Below, in pieces: positions 37,800 to 51,400 of a stretch of 64,000 nucleotides of DNA. The DNA is taken from positions 434,001 through 498,000 of the forward strand of contig CAUYUJ010000159.1 in assembly GCA_963575745.1 (NCBI GenBank), read 5' to 3'. Positions within the stretch are counted from its first letter, which is position 1; the number at the start of each line of letters is the position of its first letter. This stretch comes from Prorocentrum cordatum (taxonomy: Eukaryota). The translations under genes were made by a program, and so were the position numbers. The notes beneath the pieces were generated by a model that saw only the letters and a program-made list of their open reading frames with translations, made no database searches and was not told the origin of the DNA.

Positions 37800-39738
37800 G
37801 TCGCGGTGCGGTGGTGGTGCGGCAACAGCGTCTCCTGGGCGCCCCGATGTTTTTGCTGACCGTGCGTCGCTGCGTTCGTCGTAACTGCTGTTTGAGAAAT
37901 TCTGTCAGGGTCCAGGCTTCCGCGCCGTGCGTCATGGTAGGGATGACTGCGCCCTTGCATAACTGTGGTCGATGGCGCAACGGGTCGTTTTTTTTGCATG
38001 TGGTCGCCTGGTCGCGGTGCCGGGCTCGGTTGGTCATGATTTTGGTATTAGTCGGGCGCAGCTCCAGCCCATGTGGCTTGGCAGAGGTGATCAAGTCGGA
38101 AAGTATTGTCTTCAAGTTGCGAAGTGCTTCGCTGGTCAGTAAGACGTCGCCTGCGAAGCGGAGGTTCGTGAGTGTCGGCGCGTCTGCGTGGCCCAGTTGA
38201 ACGCCCCGGCGTTTCTCTGCCAGTCTGGGACCAGCGGCGCCAAAATGTCCTGGAGTAGCGCGTTGAATAATAATGAAAACAACGGATGTCCTTGCGTTGT
38301 GCCGCGACGGAGATCGAACGGTTTGCTCGTGGTGTCGGTGCGTGCCACGGCCGTCTGGCCACGACACAGGTCTTGGAGAAGGTCTACGGTCTACGTGCCC
38401 GGTTAAACGCACTGCCCACAAGCTGCCGTGCTCAACTGTGTCGATGAGCATTTTTGAAGTCTACAACTGCTATCCATACAGTAGGTGTTGGTTCCATTCC
38501 GCTGCCCTCTCTCGTAAGACATGTTTTTTTTTGTTTTATAAAAAAGTGGTTTCACGTGCCCCGGCCAGGTCGAGAACCAGCTTGGCCGTCAGGATATTGT
38601 CAATCCGGAACTGGTTGTAATCTGTTGTGCGATAGTCTGCTGAAGAGCCTGCACAATGAATGGCACTGTGCGGATCGGTCGGTCCTTCTGGGGGAACGCG
38701 AGGTCTCGTGACTTCGGAATTACTGAATGACGGTTTTTCTCCAGCTGGCTGGCGTAGTGGCGTCTACCTTGATGACTGTGTTGTACAACTGCAATAGAGC
38801 GAGCTGGAGCTCCGGGCCTGGCTGCTGGAAACTCTCAGCCCGAATGCCGTTGGTGTCGGGTGATCTGCCACCTTTGAAATGGTTTATTGCTGCTCTGGGC
38901 TCGGATTCCGTGAAGGATGGAATCTGCTGTGGTTTGAGTGTCGCGTCCGCTGGTCGTTCGCCCATGAAGGAGCGAATGCGTCCGCGATTCGTTGTCTTGT
39001 TGCCTGGCGCCGTCGCCCCCCAGCATGTCAGGAATGAGCGTTTTCTTTCTTCTGGTTTTGACGGTGCGGATGTGCTTGAGGCCCTTGCACTGTTCGAGAA
39101 CGGACTTGATTCGTTCCCTCCGGCTTGCCCGCTTTTGCCGTCTAAGTAGTGCTCTGCTGGATCTTCTTGCTGATCAATCGTCGGGCAGCGGCGTCTGAGG
39201 CGGGCGTGCCCCGGCGATGTTTGACCCGCAATGCTATAATCGTGAAGTTGGTGCTTGGAGTCGATTGAAATGGTGTTAGCCGTTTGTGGAGTCATCGCCT
39301 GCCTCGGTGCTTGTACCGTGGGCTGCAGTGGCAGAGGTGCACATGCTCGTCTCGATTGTGCTGCTCAGTTCCTGCGGGTCTGTCGGCAACTCCAGTTTGC
39401 AGTTGGAGGCCCAAGCAACGCTGGTATCTGTCAAAATCTACGTTCGCCCAGTGCTGGATGCGGGAAGCACCGTTTGAAGAAGTACTTCTCGAAGAGCGCC
39501 TGGCGTAGGATAACTAGTGATCGCCTGGGGAAGCGAACTCGAAGCACAACGGCTTTGTGATCCGAGTTGAGATCAACGATGTTCGAGGCCTCGGCATCGA
39601 CGCACAGGAGGAGTAGGCTGCTATCCACTAGTATGCAATCGTATTGTCTCGGGTTTCCTGCTGTCGTGGTGTAAGTCATCTGCTTGTCTGGCGGTTTGCG
39701 GAAGAACGTGGCGGTTTGCGGAAGAACGTATTCGCAAC
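37800..39738 (-). mobile_element. Decayed, 5'-truncated APE-endonuclease/RT LINE (RTE/CR1-like)
   Basis: ANTFFRKP, RQYDCILVD...NSDHKAV (APE C-terminus); KGGRSPDTNGIRAE...PASWRKTVI; DTVEH; RRGTTQGHPLFSLLFN; LTNLRFAGDVLL (mutated FADD); GLELRPTNTKIMTN. Confidence 0.88.
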
Positions 39739-40649
39739 GAAGAGGAAGAGGAGGAGGCGGATGAGGAGGAGGAGAGGGAGGAGGAGGAAGAGGAGGTTCT
39801 CAAATTTTCGGAGCCTCGGGGCGCTCGCAAACGACGGTTCCAAAGATCAGATGGCATCGAGAATGCCAAGCTGGCGTTTCTACGGTATTTGGGCCGCGAG
39901 AGGCTTCGTACCGTCGGCCGCAAAATGTTTGAAACCGATGATCTGCATGATCACGGCTAGGCGCCGGAACAAAACGCTAACAATCCCAATGAGTTCCAAT
40001 ACAAGTGCCAGTATACACTGATCTGGCATACGCGCGTAAGCTCCTCCTCCTCCGCATATGGTGTTGCCCACGCCCACCCGACTCTCGAGTTAATACTGTC
40101 TACAGCCACAACTTTAACAATAAACTCAAGTGATCTTCCTACAGGGCTACGGGAATGTGACCCGATTCCGACAGTACAGGAACAACATAAACATAGACCT
40201 TTCGAAAGCCCTCATGAATTTCTTGGGTCGCCTCTTCCCGCACCTCTCCCCTTGAAGGCGGAGCGCGCCTTGGGCGCCACCAGGGGGCAATCAGGGAGGG
40301 AGGCCAAGCGCAGACACAAAAAAAGCTACGCGCAGCTCCGAAAGCGCATGTCAATGCCGCTCCCCGCTCTTCGATCCCGACGCCATCCCCTCCTGGTCCT
40401 GCCTCACCCACTGTGGGCGCACAGCCGGCCAGGGAGGGGCGCTCACGTTTTTTAACGCGCATAACCGCGCACACATGGATACATGTAAGGGCACACATCT
40501 TTAATTACACCAATTACTTATGCCACAAGTAAAATACGCATTGTCTAAGAACACTGACGCAGGAGTGGAGGGCCTACCTTTTGAACACCACCATTCCAGC
40601 AGCGCCCTGTGCGGCGCGGCCCCAGCTCCAGAAGGGCCCCCTCCCCTAA

Positions 40650-40817
40650 GCGACGCCGACGATGTCGACGACGACGACGACGCCGACGCCGACGACTTCG
40701 ACGACGCCGACGCTGAGGGCGCCGACGACGACGACGCCAACGCCGACGCCGACGCCGACGCCGCCGACGACGACGCCGACGATGACGCCGACGCCGACGA
40801 TGATGACGACGACGCCG
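40650..40817. repeat. (GAC/GCC)n microsatellite
   Basis: Seen directly. Confidence 0.85.
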
Positions 40818-43800
40818 CTCGGGCGGCGGCGGCAGCGGCCTCCGCGGTGCCCTCGCAGGCTTCGGCCGCGGCGCCTGCCGGCGACGGGACGGCCGCCGCT
40901 GCGGCCCGAGGCGCAGCGCTGTCCGTCGCGGCGGCCTCCTCGGCCTCCGCCTTCAGCAGAGACGCGGCCGCCTGGCGCGGGAGGACGCCCCGAGGTCCTG
41001 GCGGAACAGCTCTTTCACAACAGTTAGGCGTGAACGCTCGGCTTCGGGCCCCCGGACCTCCGCTGATCGTCCCGGCTCGAAGGATGGCGCAGACAAATGG
41101 GGTGCTGGAGATGGGCGGAGGCAGCGCGGATACAGACACGGGGAGGAGAGGGAAATGGATAGTTGCGGCGGGTTCACGTGCCGATGGCATGGGCTGTGCC
41201 TTCTGACCCCGCCGTGGTCTCTGACACCGCGTGGCGCGTTGGGCTCTGACACCGCTGACCATAGAGCTTCAAATGCCGACGAGCAATATGAAAAAACGCA
41301 TTCGCCGGCCCGATGGGCCAAACGCGTGCCAGGATCTCTGGTAAGCGGTTCAAAGTTCGTGCATTGCTAATTCGCGCGCACGCGGGGCGTCCCCCAGGGA
41401 AACCAGTCTGAAGAGCAGCACAGCACTTGCCGTCTCTGCTCCCTTTCCTGATCCGCAACTTCGGAGCCCCCGGGCCTCAAGAAGACCATGCCGCACGCTG
41501 CGGGTCGAAGTCCGGTAGGGGGCGTCGGAGGGATATTGCCTCCTTCTCTAGAGGAACACAAGACGGCATAGACATAAACATTCAGAGGTCCGCGCGGATG
41601 TCTTGAATCGGAACTGGGCCACCCTGGCGGCTCAAATCCAAGACATCCGCACGGGTTCATGTTCATGCCATATCTCCCATGCGAATTATCTTCTGCTTCT
41701 TCTTCTTCTTCGTCGACGTCGTCGCCTTGTTCGTGCGTCGACGTCGCCACCAATCATTGGGGATCCCGCCAAAACCGTGCGGTGACAGACCGTGCAGTGA
41801 CCTCGAAATCACGAAGGACCTCACAGCACGGTCCTTCACCACACTATCTCGGGACCTCAGAGACAGCGGTCGCCCGAGGCGTGCTCGGAGAAAGACCCAA
41901 GTCCTTAAACTGTGCGGTGTCTCCGATTCTTCTCTTCGTATTCCGATGTGCTTGTGAATTCTTCTACGTGGTCGTCGATTCCCAAACATTCGACGGCGCG
42001 TTGTTTTCAATGCGCGTCTTCAGAGGTCTCCACCCCTCCCTCGGGGTCGGTTTTCGGCTCGGATCCACTCTTATGTTCCTGGGACCGAGGAGGCCCCCGC
42101 AACCGAAATCAAGGAGGAAGCCAGGTGGAAAACATCCTATCAGCAAAGAGTTGGGCTCTTCTCCTTCTGTTTCTTATTCTTATTCATATTCGTCTTCGTC
42201 TTCGTCGTCGTCGTCATCGTGCGTCGACATGGAGGGACGCCGCGGTAGCGCGCCCTGTACAACGGCGAGGGCTGTGTCGCGGCGGCGGCCACCGCCGGTG
42301 GCGCGGCCGCGGCTGCCTGCCGCCGCCTGCCACGGTGGAAGGCGGCCGGCGCGCTCCCCCGCGAGTCCTCCCTCACCTCGCCTGGCCCCTGCCGTCCTCG
42401 ATCTTCGATCATCGATCCTCGATGTATCGTCCTCGATCCTCGACCCTCGACCCTCGTCCTGGAGCCTCGATCCTCGATGTTCGTATCGTGCAACCCTCGA
42501 TGTATCGTGCAACCAACCTCCCAGCTTTGGACCTCGATCCTGGCCCAGCCCTCCCGCGCCTCGAGCCTCGAAGCCTCGAGCCTCGAGGCCTCGAGCCTCG
42601 AGGCCTCGGCCCTCGAGGTGTGTCCCGGGGCCTCCCATCCTCGAGCCTCGATCGTGGCCTGGCCCCACCGCGCCTCGATCCTGGCCCTGCCCTGCCGCGC
42701 CACCTGGGCCGCCCCCCCCCACCTGGGGCGATGCCCGGACCCCCTCGGGTCGGGCAACAAAAAATCGCGACGGGAGGTGTTTGGACGTTTTCGGCCCCTG
42801 GGGGCCGCCGTCTTCGGCCCCTGGTGGCCCTCGCCAAGCTCCGGGGCAATCACGCAACGACTCAGGGGGAAACGCCGGACCCCTGTCACTGTAACCACTC
42901 GCCGCCCTACTGTAACAATGGGCGGCGCGCCATTGTAACAGCGCCTCTGGGGGCACCCAAAGAGGCTTCCTGACTTTGTGGGACCGATTGAGCCCAAGTC
43001 GGGACTGCCGAGGACCCCGTATGGGAAACCCTCACGCGTGTTACGAGTGCTGCGGTTGTGAGCCAAGGCGCGCCACGAGCACGTCGAGTGCCAATTTGTT
43101 CTTTAGGTCAGCAACAGCACGACAGGCGCTGAAGGACAGCCAACGGGCTTCAGCTCCTTGGTGCTCGTGGCTCCAACGAAATCTGGGGGTGCTGGCTCAG
43201 GGGGGGGACGCATCATCGACTCGGCCTCGGCGATGCATCGCCAAGAGAACGGCCACGAGCCCCCGATGGCAAAATCGCACGATCCTGGGCAGGGAGCTGT
43301 GCCCAGGCCCCGATCAGCGACGGATAGGCGGCTGTGGGTTCGTCTGTAACCCCCTTGGGCCACTACCCCCTGTCGCCGCTGCTGGCCTTTACCTGGCACG
43401 GGGGGAGAGGGGTCCCGAGGAAACCGGGCCCCAGACGTCCGTCCGAGGCCTTGATACTGGGCCGCCGTGGACAAGTCCCGACGCTTCCCCAGGGCCGGCT
43501 TTTCGTCTGGGTCGTTTTGCTGACGGCTCTAGGACTCTAGGCTCGGTGATGGCCCCAGGAGGTCGAAAGCGACAAACAAAAACCTTCGTCTTGGCTTTTG
43601 TCAATGCGTCGGATTTCTGGGGCCCTGCACCCTCTCCCTGAGCATCGTAAAACTAACCAGCCCATATGCCCACTGGCGTGGCTTCGGCGTCTGCTCCTTC
43701 GGGTTTCACGGGGCACACCCCCACCTCGGAAGGTGGGCTGATGGGGCTGAGATAACACATGTCCCAGTGGGGATGGGGATGCGGCAAACCCGCGTCGTGC

Positions 43801-43856
43801 CGACTACGGAATTGGTCTCTGATACCGCGGGGGTCTCGTTCAACCTTGAACGATCG

Positions 43857-45792
43857 TTCTCCTCCTCCTCCTCCTCCTCCTCCTTCTCCTCCTCCTCCTA
43901 CAACTACAACAAGAACACAACCTACTACTACTACTACTACCACCACCACCACCACCACCACCACCACCACCACCACCAGTACGACTACTACAACTACAAC
44001 TACAACTACAACTACAACTACAACTACAACTACAACTACAACTACAACTACNNNNNNNNNNNNNNNNNNNNNNNNNNNNNNNNNNNNNNNNNNNNNNNNN
44101 NNNNNNNNNNNNNNNNNNNNNNNNNNNNNNNNNNNNNNNNNNNNNNNNNNNCATTTTTCTTATTTTTTCCTCTCGACATGGACGTCCTGTCGTCCACGGC
44201 GATAAACCATTGCAAAAAATACCACAAAGAGCACACGCGCGCGTTCATGTCAGAATCCTACCGAACACAATGTGTTTGCAAGCATGTCAACATAACAACA
44301 TCAAAAACCCAATGTTTTTTTTTCACAAAAATTGTACAAATTTCCCGCCCGGGCTCTCTTGCTGAAATCATAGGAAAACCATAGGAATCTTAAGAATTCG
44401 GTCAAATCCAGCGATTTCGCGTCATCGCGCGGTGCACTCGCGATGCTCTGTCATGCACCCAGGCCGCGAATCCTCTGCAAAAAATACCACAAAGAGCACA
44501 CTCGCGCGTTCATGTCAGAATCCTACCGAACACCGTGTGTTTGCAAGCATTTCAACATAAAAACATCAAAACCCCAATGCTTTTTCACAAAAATGCTTTG
44601 GGGTGTCCTGTCAGACCGTCGGGCTTCCTCCGGCCACCTCTGGCTTCCTGCGGTGTACCGGGCCATTCTCGACTCGTCTGGCAATGCGTGCGCGGCATTC
44701 AACACGCGCTCGCCAGTTCCCGTCGGCAACCGCCATCGCGGCCGAATCAGCTGTACCAAACCGGCTGGCCGGTGTGACTTCGGCCCCCAATTGTGCCAGC
44801 TTTGCTTCTTTTGTTGTGGGAGGGCGGGTGGGACTGGGCATGCCATGCTTGACTCGCTCGAGCTGGCTAGCTTGACTCCTACTCCTACTCCTACTCCTAC
44901 TACTACTCCTGCTCCTGCTCCTACTCCTATCCTTATCCTTATAAGAATATACTCCTACTCCCCCCTCAGGCCGGCAAATAGCGGGCGCATCCGGGTGGTC
45001 CCATCCTAACCTGTAAAAAACAATACAAAATCAACATTTGTCTTATTTTTTCCTCTCGACATGGACGTCCTGTCGTCCACGGCGATAATCCATTGCAAAA
45101 AATACAACAAAGAACACACGCGCGCGTTCATGTCAGAATCCTACCGAACACCGTGTGTTTGCAAGCATTTCAACATAAAAACATCAAAAACCCAATGCTT
45201 TTTTTTTCACAAAAAATTGTACAAATTTCCAGCCCGGGCTCTCTTGCTGAAATCATAGGAAAACCATAGGAATCTTAAGAATTCGGTCAAATCCAGCGAT
45301 TTCACGTCATCGCGCGGTGCACTCGCGATGCTCTGTCATGCACCCAGGCCGCGAATCCTGTGCAAAAAATAACACAAAGAGCACACTCGCGCGTTCATGT
45401 CAGAATCCTACCGAACACCGTGTGTTTGCAAGCATTTCAACATAAAAACATCAACAACCCAATGCTTTTTCACAAAAATGCTTTGGGGTGTCCTGTCAGA
45501 CCGTCGGGCTTCCTCCGGCCACCTCTGGCTTCCTGCGGTGTACCGGGCCATTCTCGACTCGTCTGGCAATGCGTGCGCGGCATTCACCACGCGCTCGCCA
45601 GTTCCCGTCGGCAACCGCCATCGCGGCCGCATCAGCTGTACCAAACCGGCTGGCCGGTGTGACTTCGGCCCCCAGTTGTGCCAGCTTTGCTTCTTATGTT
45701 GTGGGAGGGCGGGTGGGACTGGGCATGCCATGCTTGACTCGCTCGAGCTGGCTAGCTTGACTCCTACTCCTACTCCTACTCCTACTCCTCCC
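43857..45792 (+). mobile_element. Insertion of two tandem non-coding units (about 880-bp period) with (CTCCTA)n tails, flanked by a 22-bp direct repeat
   Basis: ctcgttcaaccttgaacgatcg at 43835-43856 and 45793-45814; units 44152-44900 and 45035-45792 nearly identical; spans the assembly gap. Confidence 0.65.
44052..44151. other. Assembly gap (100 N)
   Basis: Run of n. Confidence 1.
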
Positions 45793-46899
45793 CTCGTTCA
45801 ACCTTGAACGATCGGCGGTTTTCGAATCGCCAGGCCGTTCAACAGAGCACGATGCTGGATCACCCGCGACCTTTCAACGTTGAACGCCAGCGGCGGGGTC
45901 GCCGCCGGTCGACACGACACGAACCTGCCGTAAGTTAGGCGATGTGGACTCCCAGGACCTCCTCAACTCCGTGGCGGCCCTGGATGGCCGAGCCTCGGCG
46001 GGTGCCCGAGCGAAACGCGGGGAGGGCCTCGGAAGCCCGAGCAGAAAAAGGCTGGACAGCCTCGGTACCCCTTCCCAGGGCCTCCCAAACTCCGCTCAGG
46101 GGAGCAGCGTGGACCAGCGCCACCGAGGACCCGCCGCATGGGGAGCGACCCCTGGGCGGTGGCACGCCTGAGCGTGGTCCTGTGCTGGATGACGCTCGGG
46201 CGTGCCACCGCCCAGGGGTTGGCCCGCCACCGGTGGGTTCTCGGTGGCGGTGGTCCATGTGCACAGTCGGACCGAGGCCAGAAGAACATCCTGCAAGAGC
46301 ACGAGACCCTCTGCCGGCCAGATCACGCAGAACATCCGAGGACACCCTCCCCAGGATGCACAAGAACATCCAACAAACACGAAGAACACTCGCACTCGAT
46401 GTACCCTCCCCGAACCTGCCTCGATCGTATACCTCGGTCCAACTGTACTTATTTGATCCCTGGCGGCCCTGAAGGGTCGAGTCCCGGCCCTCTGTCGGAG
46501 GGCGCTCGGGCAACTCTTGGAGGGGAGCCCCGCCCCGCCTCCTCGCGTCCGTCGTCGTCCATCGTCGTCTGCTTGCTCCTCCCCCCCTTCTCCCCCTACC
46601 TGGAGGAAGAACAAAAGCTGTATGAACATGAACTTTCGACGCTCCGCGCGGATGTCTTGGATCTGCGCTGGGCCCCCCTGGCGACGCCCTTGGCGCCTCC
46701 CCTGGCGCGCTCCGCTGTTTACGTTTACCCATCGGTCGGAAGAAGTAGGTAGAAACATGAAGTAGGAAGGCGTTGAACGTAGATTGGGTTCCGTCCGCCC
46801 CCTAAGGAGGACGGAGAAGGCGAAGCCACTCGATCATTGAAGTAGGAAGGCGCCTAGATTGCAATCTGGGAGAGAGCGTGATCCACCGCCGCTTTACTG

Positions 46900-47360
46900 T
46901 GGAAAATTCCCCCCCCTCTTCCTGCGGAACCTGGGGGTCTCCCCCCCCCTTCGAAAATCCCTCCCCTCCTGCGGGACCCCCCCCCTTCCCCTGGCAACCC
47001 CCCCTGCCCCCCTAACCCTTGCCCTTCCCCCCCCCCCGGAAACCAGCGGGGGTCACTACCGGTTCGAACCCCCCCCCCACCCCCCTCCAGAAAACCGAGG
47101 GGGTCACTACTGGTTCGAACCCATCCCCCCTCGCCGCCGGCAAACGATTCCCGGTCCTCGGGACAGTGGGACAGCGGAAAACCGGGGAAGTTCACTACTG
47201 GTTCGAACCCCCCCCTCCCCCCCCCTCCGGAAAACGGTGGGAGTCACTACCGGTTGGATCCCCCCCCTCCCCCCTTCCCCCCCCTCCAGAAAACCGCGAG
47301 GGGTCACTACCGTTCGAGCCCCCCCCCTCAACGCCGGCGAACGACTTCCGAATCCCAGAG
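46900..47360. repeat. Minisatellite, about 60-bp unit (gaaaacc...ggggtcactaccggttcgaacccccc)
   Basis: About 5 recognisable copies separated by C runs. Confidence 0.82.
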
Positions 47361-48440
47361 GTCTCCATGATCTTATTTTAAGATCCTGGATGTGGATCTT
47401 ATTTTATGTTGTGAAATTATAACATATATACTGGTGTTTCCCGTTTTCAACGACATCACCTTCATCACAGCATCGTCAGCATAATCAATGTCATCACCAT
47501 CACCATCACCATCATTATCACCATCGATTCCAAACCAAACGACTAGAGAGCAGGAACGCAGAGTTGAGCGAGAGGATGGGAGTAGGGTGGCGGTGGATCC
47601 TGCGCGCGGGTGAGAAAAATGTCAACAGATAGGCAGTTGGCGAGCGCGAGATTTCGAGGACATCTCAAGTGAAACGAGCGTGTCGCGTTTTCTCCTTGCC
47701 TCACTCCTCACTATCCTCCTCCCTTCCTTCTCTTCTTCGACATCTTCTCTCGCCCTTCATTTTCCCCTCCCCCACCCCGCCCCGAACCCCGCCCGCCCAC
47801 CCTCCGATCCTGCGGCGCAGAATAGAATCACAACACGGCACGAAACGCTCCGAGGCACGGCACGGTGGATAATTTTTTTATGGCAGATGTGCCTGTCTGG
47901 GATCTTCACCCACGAGTGTGGGCAACCGTTCTCGGCGAAGCGACCTCTTGGGCGATCTCTGTGATCGCTCACTCGATGATGGCAGGGTGCCATCAACAAA
48001 AACAGTGCAGCTTGCGTAGGCGTGCAACGGGGGGGAGGGGGGCCTGCGAAAAGGACGGAGTGTTCGTAAAGAGGGGGTTGGGCACCTTGGAGGCGAATCG
48101 AGGCACCTGGATTGATGCGAGGTGCGAACGGTGTAGAACTGATACGTGACTGACTGAGTGAGAGGAGGGCGAAGGAGCGCAGAGAGGGTGGGTGATGGAA
48201 GAGGGTGGGTGGAACGTAAACGGCGGCAGAGCGAGTGGAGACGGCGCAGAAGTCCCAGAGGATTTAAAAGCAAAGGAAGTGCCAGTGCACGAGGAGATGA
48301 CAGGGGGACGGAGGGGAGAGACGAGCCATAAAATTGTGAGCTCTTACGGGTGAATTCGCATGAGACCACACAATTGAGTTCGTGCTTCCGTGTCGAATGT
48401 GTGTCTTATGCTTGAATGCGTGTGTTCCGTGTGATGGGTC

Positions 48441-51400
48441 TCAAGCTGCAGGAAGTGCGCAAATAATTAAGTTTGCAACAGACTCGCAGAACTTCGGTGG
48501 GTATTCTTTGGAAGCTGCTTGGTCCTGGGTCTTATTGATCCACGCAGCATCCCTCCACCCTGTGCGCGCAGCGGCACCGCCCTCTCCCGTGCGGGCGCGC
48601 TTCGTTGACCTGGCACCAAGCCTATAGAGCGGCGTGCGCACGCCAGCTTCCTGCAACACGCGAATAGCAGCAGACTTAGAACAGCCGAGATGCTCACGCG
48701 CAGCGCACGCATCGTGCGTAGTGTATAAACAGAGAGGCTTGAGGCTCGTCCAGCCCCAAAAAGCAAGGTAAACAGTCATCTTCATGGCGCTGATGATGCC
48801 CAGCACGCCCTGTGGCGCGCGCTGTCACGAGCGCGGCGCGATGGAAGTGGCCAGCGCGCGCGGGGGAGGGGGGCTCTAGGACAGTGGATGGGGTGAACGG
48901 GAGACAACCATTGAGGTTGACGTCGTGTCTCTCCTTCCCTTCGTGGCGGGGCATTCGGGCTTTGGCCAATGAATCTGCGTGCGTAGCACCCCGCAGTTGT
49001 GGATGCGCGTAGAGGTGGGGGGCGGCGGCGTCGTCGGCAGTATGCTCGGCGTTGGCGAAGCATGCCGCGATCGCGGACTTGTGCGAACTATGAACCGAAC
49101 CAGCCGCGGGCGCAGACGTGTTCGTCAACGCTGTGTAGGTGGGTCGCGGGTGGGTCGCGGCGTGGTTCGCAGCGTCGGTCGCGGGGATCGTCGCGGGCGG
49201 GTCGCGGGCGAGGACGGTGACGACGACAGCATCACCAGCGCAAGAACGACGCAGCAACGCATTAACAATCCTCACCGCGGAACACCGCTTCGGCCACGCG
49301 CTCAGGGGCCATGAATAACCGTTCGGCCCCCTCACTCTCACTTGTACACATCCGAACTTGACGAGGGACAGGGAGAGGGGGGTGGGGACAGCGAGAGAGA
49401 GAGATAGAGAGAGAGAGAGCTGCATTATAGACAGACAATAAAGCTGGCACGCTGTACAGCGCGGAACGCCGTCGCTCCCAATCATCTTCCAGTTGTAGCC
49501 TGGATCCCCCAGCCATACCTCTGACGATCGTTGCCCCGCTCGACAACTCTCGGCGCGGCTCCACAGAGGGGCGGGTGGAATGTAGGGGGGTTCAAGCGAC
49601 CACAGGAGGAGCGGAGAGCTACGACAACACGAATCCGATGTTGGTGCGATGGGTAGTTACAACGCCGTTCCCGACCGAATGGGACATAGAGACGACCGTA
49701 ACGCGCCGCAGGATCCGTCGCCAGCTCTCTCGCGCTGCCGACACGGTTGATGTGCGGTTGGGCGCCATTTGGACGCATCCAGGTCGCGTCCAAATTGCGT
49801 TCAAGTCGCGCTCGCAGGGTGTCCGCGAATTTTGGGCGCGACCTGGACGCGTCCAAGTCGCGTCCAACACCGTGGCACAAATTGAACTGCACGCGCGGGC
49901 GGATCCTGCTGCGGCAACAGAGAGTAGGTGCAACGCGTGCGACTTTGAAATGCAATCGGCTGGCGGGCAAGGGCGGCTGGAATGCTGCAATTCATATCGT
50001 GCCCACCTGCCCCTTTCTAACCTCCTGCCACCTCGCCCACCGCCTCATGACCGCCACAGTCATTGTCTAGGTGGGCTCGGAGAGTGCGCAGTCCAGGGAC
50101 ATCACTTGAGAACGCGCCATGCCGAGTGAGAGATCATATCGTTCGAACTCGAATGGGGGCTCGAGTGGTCTCGATCGCGGCACAGACCGTACCTTGCCAA
50201 AGTAAGCCGCAATGCGTTATATGTGGTCGGTTAACGTGCAGGCTCCCGTTTCAGATTCTGCCCTCGTAGTATGAAGAGCGACGTTGACTTCGGCTTAGGC
50301 ACAGCTGGCATAGTCCTGGACCGCACTAGGACATAGATGTCACGGTGAACTAGTTCGGCTCGCCTTTTATCTTCACGTTTGCGCATATCAGTCTTGCCAG
50401 TCGTTTGTTTCATCCGTTTTGTCCGTCGGTTTTTCCATCTCATCAACCAAACTGGATAACGTGTACCTGAATGGGTCGGCCATCCCCGTGGCGGATCCAT
50501 TCAGGTACCTGAACAATGTGCACCGAGTTGTCGGACCCATCGTAATCTAATTCTAGACGCTTCGCGTATCCCCACCAGCCCGTCCAGAAATGAGCCCCAG
50601 GGGAGTGGAGGTGACGAGGGAAGCGGGGGAGCATGCAGAAGAACAAAGAGCGGGTTGAGCCGCCATACGCCCCAAGAGGGGGAGGATGTAGGAGGAGTCG
50701 TCGTCGTCGGAGTAGGAGGAGGAAGACGAGGAGCAGGAGGAGGAGCAGGAGGAGGAGGGGGAGGAGGAGGAGGAGGAGGAGGAGGAAGATGAGGAGGAGG
50801 AGATGGAGGAGGGCGAGGACGAGGAGGACGAGAAGGAGGAGGAGGAGGAGGAGAAGGAGGAGGGGGAGGAGGGAGGAGGGGGAGGAGGGAGGAGGAAGAA
50901 AAAGAGGAGGAGGAGGAGGACAATGGCGAGCTTGGGGGCCTCTTGGGCCGTCTTTGGGGCCTCTTGGCGGTCCCGGGGGCCTCTTGCGTATCGCGGGGAG
51001 CCTCTTGCGGCCTCTTGGGGGTCTCTTGGGGGCCTCTTGGAGGCCTCTTGGGGGCCTCTTGGGGCCTCTTGGGGCCCTCTTGGGGCGCTCTTGGGGCGCT
51101 CTTGGGAGCCTTCGAGGCGCTCTTGGGGCCATCTTGGAGGAGATCTATCAAAGAAGGGGGGTTCCCCAATTAGCGCTGCCCCTCTAGAGTGCCTCGAGTC
51201 GCCTCTTGGGCTCCCCAAGAGGCCAAAATCCTTACAAAACCTATGGAAAATCAATGTTTTTTGCTTTCTCGCATTTTCGCTCTTGGAGCCTTCTTGGGCC
51301 ATCTTGGGAGCCTCTTGGGGCCTCTTGGGGGTCTCTTGGGAGCCTTTTGGAGGCCTCTTGGGCGCCTCTTGGCGTCTCTTGGAGCCTCTTGGGGTTCTCT

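Noticed and set aside
47045..47320. ggttcgaacc resembling a tRNA T-loop/B-box
   Set aside because: Occurs as a tandem repeat unit with no cloverleaf or A-box.
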